Source of the DNA: a virus
DNA length: 64,000 nucleotides
Virus record (IMG/VR): IMGVR_UViG_3300031784_000013
Location: 32,001-96,000 of that record
Reading direction: 5' to 3' (one strand)
Below the pieces are notes generated by a model, which was given only the letters and a program-made list of their open reading frames with translations, was not told where the DNA came from and did no database searches. Below are positions 49,960 through 59,865 of the stretch, one piece after another. How positions within the stretch are numbered: position 1 is the stretch's first letter; each line of letters opens with the position of its first letter. Both the position numbers and the translations under genes were made by a program.

Positions 49960-51438
49960 ATGTCAATTTTCACACTCGATTGGTTCAAGTCCAACGCAAA
50001 AAGAATGCTTGATAATCTAAAGATTGAAGAACAAGCACTAAAGAATAGCTTACTGAGAAGAGAGCTAGAAACTTCTGAAAAACCGTATGAGAAACTTAAA
50101 CTTGTGAACGATGTGCTCACAGTTGTTTTGAAAGATGGAGAAGTGCTATCCAAACCGTCATCAACTATTGATGACTTTGATAACGTAAAGAATGCTAGAA
50201 GTGAAGCAGAGATCATTGTTTTGTTCAAGGCCAAGCTCGCTAGTGAAAGTATGTTGAATGAAGTGAGACAACAGAAAGTTTATGAGAACATCTCTAACAA
50301 CCTAAGTGTGTTAGGATCGATGCAAGACTTTGATGTTGAAAACGGAACTGTAAGACTGAAAGGTATTAACAGAACTATTCCTGAGCTTCTTGTAGAAAAG
50401 TTCATTGATGTAATCTCTCTTTACAGAACAGGGGATGAAGTGCATGATGATGTTTACCAGGATGAAGAGTATTTGTCACTGAAGAGATTCTTCATGTGGT
50501 GCTGCTTGAATCCTCGTGCTGAAGTGGCTGATGAGTTGTATAGATTCCTAGTGGAGAACAGTTTTAGAATAACTAAGCAGGGATTCTTCGTGGCTCTACG
50601 CAATGTTGTCACCCTACATGGATCAAACGAACTTGTTAGATTTGTTAGCGAAACCTACACAAACATCAAGGCTGTATGGAAGAAAAGTCCTAATGACTAT
50701 CATGTGATTCTTCGTCCTGATGGAAGTTATACATTCATGCATTATGATAAGATGTTCACTAATCAGGAAGAGAGATGTCATTCTTGTGGTGGTACAGGAG
50801 ATGTATGGGATGATGAGGATGAATCATGGGGCTGCTGCTGGGATTGCGATGAGACTGGTATGATTAGTCAAAATCGTAAAAACTATGAAGGTACAGACCT
50901 AGGTGTTTTAACAGACCTTTATCTAGATCTTCCAAACAGAGCAGAGAACAGATTCACAGATGATTGGACCAAAACATTTGATATTCGTATTGGTCAAGTG
51001 GTTAGTATGCCTATGGATCAGTGTAACTGGTCTACACAGGATTGTGCTGCTGCTGGTCTTCACTTCACTGCTGATCAAATTCACTATGTAGGATGTGGTG
51101 ATCAGTCTGTATTAATGCTCATCAACCCAATGAAGGTTGTTGGTATTGGTCAGCACAAAGGTAGATGTTATGAGTATTTACCAATCTCCACTGTTCCTAG
51201 AGAGGATGCAACAAGAATTCTTCACGACTTAGATTTCTCAACTATTGACCTGGATGAGTTCTATGTAGAGAATGAACTAGAATCTCTATCTGAAAGAGCT
51301 GAGAAAGCATTTGCTCAAGAGGTTAAGAAGTATGAATTCAATCTTCCTTCTATTTCATCTAATGAAATTGGAAGCATTGTTAGCTCTCTAAAGAAGATGA
51401 AAGATCAGCTTGGGAGTAGAGTTAAACAAGTTGTGTAA
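49960..51438 (+). CDS. rIIB-like protein with zinc-finger insertion
   Basis: LNP..V.DELYRFL...ITKQGFFVALR, IGQVVSMP, CAAAGLH, INPMKVV, GRCYEY; adjacent to rIIA. Confidence 0.7.
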   Translation: MSIFTLDWFKSNAKRMLDNLKIEEQALKNSLLRRELETSEKPYEKLKLVNDVLTVVLKDGEVLSKPSSTIDDFDNVKNARSEAEIIVLFKAKLASESMLNEVRQQKVYENISNNLSVLGSMQDFDVENGTVRLKGINRTIPELLVEKFIDVISLYRTGDEVHDDVYQDEEYLSLKRFFMWCCLNPRAEVADELYRFLVENSFRITKQGFFVALRNVVTLHGSNELVRFVSETYTNIKAVWKKSPNDYHVILRPDGSYTFMHYDKMFTNQEERCHSCGGTGDVWDDEDESWGCCWDCDETGMISQNRKNYEGTDLGVLTDLYLDLPNRAENRFTDDWTKTFDIRIGQVVSMPMDQCNWSTQDCAAAGLHFTADQIHYVGCGDQSVLMLINPMKVVGIGQHKGRCYEYLPISTVPREDATRILHDLDFSTIDLDEFYVENELESLSERAEKAFAQEVKKYEFNLPSISSNEIGSIVSSLKKMKDQLGSRVKQVV

Positions 51439-51521
51439 TTTCTTCTTAATGTAATAGTTGAGAAAATACTATTATATTAGCCAACAAACTCACATGAGTT
51501 TGGTGGAAAAGGATTAAAAAG

Positions 51522-51923
51522 ATGAAGAAAAAACCAGTCAAAAAGAGAACTAGTGTAAAAGTTAAACCTAGAAATGCTGGAACAATGACAGAGAGTGGCT
51601 TCTGGTCATTCATACGAAGTGCTTTGAGACAAAAGTCTAGATGGTGGAAGCCTATTACACTCTGCAAAGAGAATGCTAAACGTAGCTATCATGGACCAAA
51701 CAAAAGACAGAAGTATGAATACCAATGCAACTCCTGTAAAGGATGGTTTCCTGCAACATCTATAAATGTTGACCACATTATTCCAGCTGGAAGTCTTCAG
51801 AGAGCGAAGGATCTTCCAGAATTTGTTGAAAAATTGTTTTGTGAAGTGGATAATTTGCAAGTGCTATGCAAAGATTGTCACGATATTAAGACAATTAGTG
51901 ACATAAAAGAATTGAGTAAATGA
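51522..51923 (+). CDS. HNH endonuclease
   Basis: CNSC...VDHIIPAG...NLQVLCKDCHDIKT. Confidence 0.85.
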   Translation: MKKKPVKKRTSVKVKPRNAGTMTESGFWSFIRSALRQKSRWWKPITLCKENAKRSYHGPNKRQKYEYQCNSCKGWFPATSINVDHIIPAGSLQRAKDLPEFVEKLFCEVDNLQVLCKDCHDIKTISDIKELSK

Positions 51924-51948
51924 TTTATAGATTTGGGTTAAACTTGAT

Positions 51949-51981
51949 AAAGCCTTCCCTCAATGAGGGGAGGTTTTTTTA
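51949..51981 (+). terminator. Intrinsic terminator
   Basis: GCCTTCCCTCA..TGAGGGGAGGT followed by a T-run. Confidence 0.7.
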
Positions 51982-52011
51982 TTTGCAATTACTAACTAAA
52001 ATTGTTATTTT

Positions 52012-52251
52012 ATGATATCAATCAACAAGCAACCATCGTTCACAGAGATATGGCACGAGGGATATATAGAGCATGATGAAGAAATACATAGGTTCTGGCT
52101 TATATATCCACAGGGAGTGGACCTGAATGGAAATGAGTATGAGCTAGAAGTGAGGTGGTTCTTCCAGAGAGTGCCCAGAGAAGTGAGGGCTATGCATCCA
52201 TTAATTATTAACGCATTCAAACAAACACTAAATGATACAGGGACAAAGTAA
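52012..52251 (+). CDS. Hypothetical protein
   Basis: 79-aa ORF. Confidence 0.55.
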   Translation: MISINKQPSFTEIWHEGYIEHDEEIHRFWLIYPQGVDLNGNEYELEVRWFFQRVPREVRAMHPLIINAFKQTLNDTGTK

Positions 52252-53284
52252 AACAGAAGCTAATTACAGAGCTATTCAGACAGATAGCTCATCTTCATTG
52301 AAAGAGTTTTCAATGGACAGAAAGAAGTATCACAAGAAGTATGTGCTAGGAGAGAATGTTGAAGACAAAGAAAACCAGGCTGCAACTATTGGCAGGCTTG
52401 TTGAGACGTTGCTTCTAGAACCTGAGCAGTTTGATAACAGGTTCTACATGTCTGCTTGTGCAAGCACACCAACAGGACTGATGTTAGACTTTGTGGAAGC
52501 TCTTTACAGAGTGACAAAGCAAGCAACAGATGCATTTGGTGTTGTGACTAGACCATTTGATGAACTAACCAAGGATGCTTATCTAGAAAGTGGGTTCAAG
52601 ATTAAGATTGAACAGGTAATTAGTAAGTTTGTAGGCACTGACGCTGAGGTGTATTACAACGAGATCAGAAAGGTGAGGTCACAGAATCTAACAGTGATTA
52701 ATAGTAATGATGTCACAAATGCTGAGAAAATTGTGACAGAATTGAGAAACAACATTGTCACCAGAGATCTTGTAAACTTGGTCAGTAACACTAGATACAC
52801 CATCTTGAATCAGTACCAGATAGACTCTTATGTTGTAGATGGCCACACATTCAAGAGTATGTTTGATAAGCTGATTATTGATCACGATGCTCAGACAGTA
52901 CAAGTGTATGACTTGAAATGTACATGGAGTGTAGAAAACTTCTATGATGAATATTATTTGTACAGACGTGCGTATATTCAAGCATATCTTTACTATCGAG
53001 CAACTGTTCATCTAGTCACTGATCCAAAGTCAAAGTGGTTTGGGTATTCTGCAAAGCATCCAGCATTCATTGTCTGCGATAGCACTAACTACTACAACCC
53101 ACTCATCTACACGCTTACAGAAGAAGACATCAACGATTGTTATGTTGGATTCGAACACAAAAGTAGGAGATATCCAGGCGTGAAAGAATTGATTGAGGAT
53201 CTTGATTGGGCACTTTACAATGGTGTCTGGAACATATCGAGAACAAACTTTGAAAATGGGGGACTTGTAAACATTAAAGGATAA
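52232..53284 (+). CDS. PD-(D/E)XK exonuclease (RecE/ExoVIII-like)
   Basis: SSSSLK, KSMFDKL..VYDLKCT, YIQAYLY. Confidence 0.75.
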   Translation: MIQGQSKTEANYRAIQTDSSSSLKEFSMDRKKYHKKYVLGENVEDKENQAATIGRLVETLLLEPEQFDNRFYMSACASTPTGLMLDFVEALYRVTKQATDAFGVVTRPFDELTKDAYLESGFKIKIEQVISKFVGTDAEVYYNEIRKVRSQNLTVINSNDVTNAEKIVTELRNNIVTRDLVNLVSNTRYTILNQYQIDSYVVDGHTFKSMFDKLIIDHDAQTVQVYDLKCTWSVENFYDEYYLYRRAYIQAYLYYRATVHLVTDPKSKWFGYSAKHPAFIVCDSTNYYNPLIYTLTEEDINDCYVGFEHKSRRYPGVKELIEDLDWALYNGVWNISRTNFENGGLVNIKG

Positions 53285-54634
53285 TGAAGTTAACGAGAAG
53301 CATCACTACGCTATTTATGGTAAAACCACTTGGTATAGGCATTGAAAGACTAGAAAAGGTGGGATTCATTAATGCTTTCATTAAAGATGTAAGCCATGAT
53401 TGTATTTATGACAATTGCGTGTATTTGCTTTTCAAGCCCCAGGATATGGATTTGTTTAGGGATTTCATAGACAGCGAATATGAAAGAACTAATAACATTG
53501 TAGAAGATTATGATTACGAAGGTGGTTATGTGGTGGTGGTGTACAAACTAGATGAGAATTTTAACAAGGACTATCAACTTGTTAGACAAGGATTGTATTC
53601 CAAAACCAGTAAAGACTTTCAAAATTTATTCCCAAAGGTTGTGAAGATCATGAAGAATGGAAAGCATAGGGATGAGATCTCTTTGCAATACAGAATCTTT
53701 AATAGAACTCAGGATCTAATCAACTTTTGGGAAGATAAATTGGGTATCAAATTCTCTAGTGACCAGGAGGTTTGGGAAGGATTCCACGAAGAAAGAGAAA
53801 CGTTAAATATCAAAAATATAAAACAACATGTCGAAGTTAGCAATTGAAATACTAAATGATTATCCACTAGCTACAGAAACTGCTAGAGATTGGTTTGTAA
53901 GAAAAATGATTGAAAGCTTTGAGCAAGACAACGCTCCAGAGGATTTCAAGAATCAAATGTTGTCTAGAGGAGTGTCTGACATCACTCTAGCAATCATGCT
54001 TGACCAAAGTCCTAGAAACTTCTTCGATCTCTTTGATGATAACAAGATTGTCATTGAGATATTAAGAGACACAGACATCAATCCTGATTTATTTTATTAC
54101 AAGATAAATGGGAAGACACCAGGAACATTCTTTGAAGAAAGAATACCTTGTGAGAAGGCTGCTGTAGAAAGGGCTTTTGAGTTACTAAATTGATACATGA
54201 GTTTGCAAATCCCATCCCTGTTGTTGTAGAAAATAACAAGGATGGGTATGCTCTCTATGTAAGAGATGGTGGAGCATTTGAAAATGATATATGGTGTGTT
54301 GTTCTCTGTGATGGAGGGCATGTCAGACATTACATGTCAGATCAAATCAGAATTTATGTAAACGCTACATTACAAATAACAAAAGAGAATGGAAACAATT
54401 AAAATTCATTGTAAAAAAGATTTCAGAGGAAACATTGATATTAGAGACTACCTTGTCAAGACTGCGATAGATGAGGGCAAAAGCATAACAGTTACATGTG
54501 GATCGTTCCCTGGCAAGAGTGTGTACACACCAGTGGAACTATTAGAACCACTAAAGATTAGTGAGCCATATAGGGCTCAGTATGGGAATGTTGGTTCGTA
54601 CAGACTACACTCCTATGCTTGGAAGTTTGATTAG
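53284..54634 (+). CDS. Four hypothetical ORFs (53284-53847, 53828-54193, 54190-54402, 54389-54634)
   Basis: Overlapping coupled ORFs ending at a terminator. Confidence 0.6.
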
Positions 54635-54660
54635 TTAATGTTAGTGTGTTTTGATTGAGA

Positions 54661-54690
54661 AAGCCCCACGACTTTGTTGTGGGGTTTTTT
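54661..54690 (+). terminator. Intrinsic terminator
   Basis: AAGCCCCAC...GTGGGGTTTTT. Confidence 0.75.
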
Positions 54691-54746
54691 AATTGAAAAA
54701 GTTAAAAAAATTAATTAAATTCGTTACATCTAAATTCAATTCAATA

Positions 54747-55772
54747 ATGGCAAAGAAAAAAGAAAACCAAGAGGAACAAAGCAAGTTCCAAGCAGCTCTG
54801 GACAAGCTGAACAAAGCGTATGGTGTAGGTAGCGTTCTTACACTGAATTCTAAGAATCAAAACTCCTATGACCTCATTAGCACAGGTTCTGTTGGGTTTG
54901 ATCACATCACTCTAGGTGTAGGAGGTTTCGTTAAAGGGAAACTTTATGAGCTCATGGGATGGGAGGGTACAGGTAAATCAACCATCTGTGGCCACACTGT
55001 AGCAGAATGTCAAGTAAAGGGTGGTAGAGTGTTGTACATCGATGGCGAGCATGCTGTTGACAAAATCTATTTCGAAGCTCTAGGTGTAAACACTGATGAC
55101 ATGTTGATTGCTCAACCAAGCTGCGGTGAGGAGGGTTTTCAAATTGCAATGGACTTAATCAACACTGGAGAACTAGATCTTGTAATCATCGACAGCGATA
55201 GTTCACTGATTCCTAAGAAGGTGCTAGATGGTGATGTAGGTGATAGCTCAATTGGTAAGAAGGCTGTGTTGAACAGTAATGCATACCCAAAGCTAAAGAC
55301 TGCTCTATCTACACACAATGTCTGTGTGATTGTTATCTCTCAGTATCGTGAGAAGATTGGTGTTATGTTTGGTAACCCAACAACAACTCAGGGTGGTCAT
55401 GCATTGAAGTTTTATTCAGATTGTAGAATCGAGGTGAGTAGATCATTAGCAAAAGAGGGAGACGTGACTTATGGTAACATCACTAAAGTGAAGGCTGTAA
55501 AGAACAAGATGTCTCCTCCATATCGAATGACAAGCTTTGATATTGTCTATGGTCAGGGTATCGACAAGTTCGCAGAGTTGATGGAACTTGGTAGTGAGTA
55601 TGGAGTTCTTAGAAAGTATGGCTCTACAGTTACATACAAAGAAGAAAAGTATCAATATGATGGATTCCAAAAGCTATTAGAAGACAATCCAGAGCTAGAA
55701 GAAGACATCAAGCAAACAATTATTAATCGTATTAAAAATATAGAACTAGTTCCTGAAGATGATGGATTATAA
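54747..55772 (+). CDS. recA: RecA recombinase
   Basis: GWEGTGKST, YIDGEHA, QYREKIGVMFGNPTTTQGGHALKFYS..RIEV, KNKMSPP; likely ATG at 54747. Confidence 0.93.
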   Translation: MAKKKENQEEQSKFQAALDKLNKAYGVGSVLTLNSKNQNSYDLISTGSVGFDHITLGVGGFVKGKLYELMGWEGTGKSTICGHTVAECQVKGGRVLYIDGEHAVDKIYFEALGVNTDDMLIAQPSCGEEGFQIAMDLINTGELDLVIIDSDSSLIPKKVLDGDVGDSSIGKKAVLNSNAYPKLKTALSTHNVCVIVISQYREKIGVMFGNPTTTQGGHALKFYSDCRIEVSRSLAKEGDVTYGNITKVKAVKNKMSPPYRMTSFDIVYGQGIDKFAELMELGSEYGVLRKYGSTVTYKEEKYQYDGFQKLLEDNPELEEDIKQTIINRIKNIELVPEDDGL

Positions 55773-56079
55773 TCAATTAGAAGCCCTAGTGATTGAATGG
55801 GCAGACAACAAAGGCATTCTTAAGAATGGGACACCTCTTGCACAATCTAAGAAGACAATGGAAGAGTGTCAAGAGCTGATAGATGCCATAGAAGGAGACT
55901 ATCTTGGTGGAGAAACTAGAGATGAAATAGCAGATGCTCTTGGTGACATCCTCGTCACTATTATCATCCAGGCTAAGATGCAGAACATGTCTCTACTAGA
56001 ATGTCTAGAGGGTGCTTACAATGTAATCACTAAGCGTACAGGAAAGATGGTGAATGGTCAATTTGTAAAAGATGCCTAA
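55759..56079 (+). CDS. MazG-like NTP pyrophosphohydrolase
   Basis: KTMEECQEL..EIADALGDILVT..CLEGAYNVITKRTGKMVNGQFVK. Confidence 0.8.
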   Translation: MMDYNQLEALVIEWADNKGILKNGTPLAQSKKTMEECQELIDAIEGDYLGGETRDEIADALGDILVTIIIQAKMQNMSLLECLEGAYNVITKRTGKMVNGQFVKDA

Positions 56080-56470
56080 GCAAAAGTGTAAGACATGCGA
56101 TAAACCCTGTGAAGGAGAGTATTGCTTTAGACACAAGCCAAGAAAACCAATGCTAGCAAGAATAACAACTAACTATTCAAACAAGCTCATCATAGAGGAG
56201 AAATCCTCTATGCGTGAGATGTTTCTTAGGATTTGGAAGCAAAGACTACACAAGTCTGAGATTAGTGGTGAGAGACTAGGTACAGAACCTCTGTCAATAT
56301 TCTTTCACCATATCCTTCCAAAGGAGAAGTATAAGGACGCAATGTTAGATGAAGAGAATATCATTCTCCTAACACTGGACGAGCACACCAACGTTGAGAA
56401 CGACATCTATCGTTATGAAGAAGTGAACAAGAGACGTGAATATCTAAAAACAAAATACAATATACCATGA
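56072..56470 (+). CDS. HNH-like (NinG-type) nuclease
   Basis: SEISG..FHHILPK..Y...ENIILL..DEH. Confidence 0.6.
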   Translation: MPKQKCKTCDKPCEGEYCFRHKPRKPMLARITTNYSNKLIIEEKSSMREMFLRIWKQRLHKSEISGERLGTEPLSIFFHHILPKEKYKDAMLDEENIILLTLDEHTNVENDIYRYEEVNKRREYLKTKYNIP

Positions 56471-56998
56471 AACAATTATATCAATATGCAGCCATATATC
56501 ACAAATATGACTTCAACGAAGAAGGAATTAAAGTTTACACAGACTCTGAATTACTAATTGAGCCAAAATATGTGCTTGCCAATGATGAGAAAGAAGTTAT
56601 CTTTAAGGCAACAAAGCACGTAGGTGAATACTACGCACAGTCTCCAGACAGTGTAGAGATTATAATTAAAAAATTCTAAAACCAATTTTACAAACATGAA
56701 CCAATTCTTTTACACACGGAAAGAACCAATTCAAGGAACTGATCCCCTTGAATTCAAAGAGTACCTAGACAGTTTCAACATTGAGAAAGTCATTAGAACT
56801 ATTATTGTGGAGAATGAAAATCGTTTAGTGTTGCTAGATGACATCCACGAACGTTCTATAGAAGTGCCTGATGTAAATCCAAAGAATGGACAAACCAGAG
56901 GATTTAAACGTGAGCGCAACACCTACCAAACTGAAATCTATTTGACACCAGCAGATTCAGAGAGGTTTGTTAAACTACTCAACATTGTTGACCTATGA
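56467..56998 (+). CDS. Two hypothetical ORFs (56467-56679, 56696-56998)
   Basis: Short ORFs; the second is ATGA-coupled to the glycosyltransferase gene. Confidence 0.6.
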
Positions 56999-57753
56999 AT
57001 TACCCAATGATCTCTTGTAAGATGATCACTTATGGAAGAGTGGAGTTTCTCGAAGAGTCTCTCCACTCTTTTCTCATTCAGGACTATCCTGAAAAGGAAC
57101 TAGTGATTGTCAATGACTATCCTCTACAGAAGCTTGTATTTGATCATTCTCAAGTGAGGATTTACAATCTTGATGAGACATTCAAAACTATAGGGGATAA
57201 AGAAAACTTTGCTACAGGATTGTGCAAAGGAGAAATCATTTGTCAATGGGACGATGATGATGTTGCTTTACCGTGGCACTTAAAGAATGTTGCAGAACAA
57301 TTTACAGATGATGTAAATATTCTTCACTGGGCCACAGGTGTATATTACAACAACTCAGCTATTACAAATGTTGGATGGATAGGTAACTCTGGTATTGTGT
57401 TCAGGAAGTCTGCATGGCAGGCTATTGGTGGTCATCCTGTAGAAAACGCTGGATACGATATGACATTCATAAATGCTCTTGCTCATTATGGTGGTAGAAA
57501 GTTTGCTGAGATGCCCAAAAAAGATGCTAGCTGGTTCTATATGTGGGGAGGAAGAGGTTATCACATGAGTGGTATGGGTACAGACACTAGTGATAGAGCC
57601 AATGTAATTGAGAGACATTCAAATCATGTAGAAATTCTCAGAACAAGAGGACTGATTCCTACAGGGGATGTAACTTTGAATCCTCATTGGAAACTTGATT
57701 ACCAAAAACAACTTGAGGATCATGTTACAGAAAATAAAAGCAGTAATAGTTAA
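56995..57753 (+). CDS. GT-A fold (GT2-like) glycosyltransferase
   Basis: ISCKMITYGR..LEESLHSFLIQDYPEKELVIVND, IGDKEN, QWDDDD (DxD), FRKSAW..IGG. Confidence 0.85.
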   Translation: MNYPMISCKMITYGRVEFLEESLHSFLIQDYPEKELVIVNDYPLQKLVFDHSQVRIYNLDETFKTIGDKENFATGLCKGEIICQWDDDDVALPWHLKNVAEQFTDDVNILHWATGVYYNNSAITNVGWIGNSGIVFRKSAWQAIGGHPVENAGYDMTFINALAHYGGRKFAEMPKKDASWFYMWGGRGYHMSGMGTDTSDRANVIERHSNHVEILRTRGLIPTGDVTLNPHWKLDYQKQLEDHVTENKSSNS

Positions 57754-58357
57754 TCGTAATCTTGTAACAACTTTAAAGAACACCGTAGACTTTCTATCAA
57801 AAGATCCTAGGGTGGAGGTTATCATTTTTGATCAACAATCAACCTATCCTCCTCTTCTAGAATATTACAAAACACAGAACGTAATTTACAATAATTCAAA
57901 TGGTGGTCCTTATAGTGCTTGGGGACTTGCTGAATTGAACAGATACCACTACATTGTTACAGATGCAGATTGCACGTATGATGATGTGCCTGATGACTGG
58001 CTAGACAAGATGTTATATTGTTTAGACAACAGTGGGCATAACAAGGTGGGATTCTCATTAAAAATTGATGACCTTCCTGATAATGTTATTGCTAACCAGG
58101 CAAAGCAACATGAGTCTAAGTTTTGGACGAACAGTTGTCAGTTTGGCTGGGTGGCTGAGGTAGACACCACGTTTGCATTATATCGTGCAAGAACAGCATT
58201 TCAGTATCAAGCAGTGAGATTATTTGAACCATACACAATTAAACATGTCCCTTGGTATATTGAGAACAATATAACTGATGAATGGAAATACTATCTAAAA
58301 CATTCTAGTGGAATCTCAGTGTGGGGATCAAGATTAAAAACTCTTTACAATTTATAA
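57722..58357 (+). CDS. Second GT-A fold glycosyltransferase-like protein
   Basis: IVNRN..IIFDQQSTYPPLLEYY, YIVTDAD (DxD), KVGFSL, VDTTFALY, HVPWY. Confidence 0.7.
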   Translation: MLQKIKAVIVNRNLVTTLKNTVDFLSKDPRVEVIIFDQQSTYPPLLEYYKTQNVIYNNSNGGPYSAWGLAELNRYHYIVTDADCTYDDVPDDWLDKMLYCLDNSGHNKVGFSLKIDDLPDNVIANQAKQHESKFWTNSCQFGWVAEVDTTFALYRARTAFQYQAVRLFEPYTIKHVPWYIENNITDEWKYYLKHSSGISVWGSRLKTLYNL

Positions 58358-58358
58358 A

Positions 58359-58904
58359 ATGTCAGAAAGCCTTAATCAGATATATGAGAGATTGTATAAC
58401 ACTCCTTCAGATATCAATGAACACCTACCCACTTTAGCAAGCTACGCTAGTGAATGTGAGCATATCACTGAGATGGGAGTTAGATACATTGTGTCAACGT
58501 ACGCTCTTCTTATGGGTAAACCAAAGAAGATGATCTCCTATGACATACACATGTGTCACTGGGAGCCTGTAAAAGATTTAGTTAAGGAAGACACAGACTT
58601 CCACTTTGCCATTGGGAACACTCTAGAGATTGAGATTGACCCTACAGATCTATTGTTCATAGACACTCTTCACAACTATACACAACTCAAGAAAGAACTT
58701 GAGCTACATGCTAAGAAGGTGAATAAGTACATCATCTTCCATGACACAACAAGTTTTGAAACTGTTGGGGAATCTTATTCAGGAAATCCAGAGAAAGGAA
58801 TATGGCCAGCTATTGAAGAGTTCTTACAACTCAATCCTCAATGGACGTTGAAAGAAAGATTCACAAACAATAATGGATTGACAATAATTGAAAAAGCCTC
58901 CTAG
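58359..58904 (+). CDS. Class I SAM-dependent methyltransferase (Methyltransf_24-like)
   Basis: DINEHL, ITEMGVR, SYDI, DLLFIDTLH.Y, IIFHDT, NNGL. Confidence 0.8.
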   Translation: MSESLNQIYERLYNTPSDINEHLPTLASYASECEHITEMGVRYIVSTYALLMGKPKKMISYDIHMCHWEPVKDLVKEDTDFHFAIGNTLEIEIDPTDLLFIDTLHNYTQLKKELELHAKKVNKYIIFHDTTSFETVGESYSGNPEKGIWPAIEEFLQLNPQWTLKERFTNNNGLTIIEKAS

Positions 58905-58918
58905 TTGGAGGCTTTCTT
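58891..58918. terminator. Bidirectional terminator between convergent genes
   Basis: AAAAAGCCTCC-tagtt-GGAGGCTTTCTT. Confidence 0.7.
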
Positions 58919-59070
58919 CATTTTGATAGCTTTTTCTTTGACATGGGCCATTGAGCATTTCCCTGTTGTTTCTTACTCCTAACATCATTGTTACTATACT
59001 CTTTCATATAGTTAGCATTTGGTCTAGGATTGGGAACCTTTGGTGCCCTCTTTGGTTTTCCAGATTTCAT
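58918..59070 (-). CDS. 50-aa basic peptide (not in ORF track)
   Basis: MKSGKPKRAPKVPNPRPNANYMKEYSNNDVRSKKQQGNAQWPMSKKKLSK*, ATGA-coupled to the upstream gene. Confidence 0.55.
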   Translation of the reverse strand: MKSGKPKRAPKVPNPRPNANYMKEYSNNDVRSKKQQGNAQWPMSKKKLSK

Positions 59071-59864
59071 TTTCTGAATGATTTTCTTACAGCCTTAACT
59101 TTAGCTTTTGCTGACTTTACTTCGTATCGTTTCTCAGCTCTCTCAGCTTTATTTCTAATCTTCTGTGTAGCAAGACGTTCTTTTGTACGTACAGCTTGGA
59201 TTTTTCGCTGAGCACCTTCTTTCATTGTGCCATCTTTCTTCTTACCCTTCTGCATGATCTCCATGATCTTAATCTCACCCTTAGAAAACTTTCTTTTCTC
59301 TGGACCAGTTCTAAGAGTTTTGTCAAGAGGAGCAGCCACTTTTAATTCTGGCATCTTTCTTTCAGGAACTTTAATTCCCTCATCCTTCTTTCTCTTAACA
59401 GATTTCTTAGGAGTTGAAGATTTCTTAGTAGCATCTGAAACTTTGAAAGATTCTCCTCTAGTAGTCTTCATGTAATCATCATACCCATCAGACTTTTTCT
59501 TAGGTTGAGTTGGTTTAGAACTACTGGATTCTTTTAAAGGGCCTTTTAGTGGAGCAGCTGGCCTTGTATTCATATACTTTCTAATATCACTTCCTTTAGC
59601 TGGAAGTTTAGTATACTGAGTTTTAGTGCCCTCATATTTAACGGGCTCTTTAATAGCCTTATCTACAGAAGCTCTATCACCACTTCCTGTATTTGTTTCT
59701 GTTTTGCCTGAAGAATATGTCTTAGTAAACTTGGCAGGAAACATTGTTTTACCAGAAGAATATCCAGTTGTGTCATACTCAACCTTTTCTTCAACTGGAT
59801 AACTACTACTTCTCTTAGAGGCAAATCTCTTTGTTTGAGTAACCCCTCTCTGTGCCTTTTTCAT
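59067..59864 (-). CDS. Highly basic (Lys/Arg-rich) protein, putative virion core/DNA-condensing
   Basis: Likely start MKKAQRG; extreme Lys content; on the late strand. Confidence 0.65.
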   Translation of the reverse strand: MKKAQRGVTQTKRFASKRSSSYPVEEKVEYDTTGYSSGKTMFPAKFTKTYSSGKTETNTGSGDRASVDKAIKEPVKYEGTKTQYTKLPAKGSDIRKYMNTRPAAPLKGPLKESSSSKPTQPKKKSDGYDDYMKTTRGESFKVSDATKKSSTPKKSVKRKKDEGIKVPERKMPELKVAAPLDKTLRTGPEKRKFSKGEIKIMEIMQKGKKKDGTMKEGAQRKIQAVRTKERLATQKIRNKAERAEKRYEVKSAKAKVKAVRKSFRK

Positions 59865-59865
59865 A

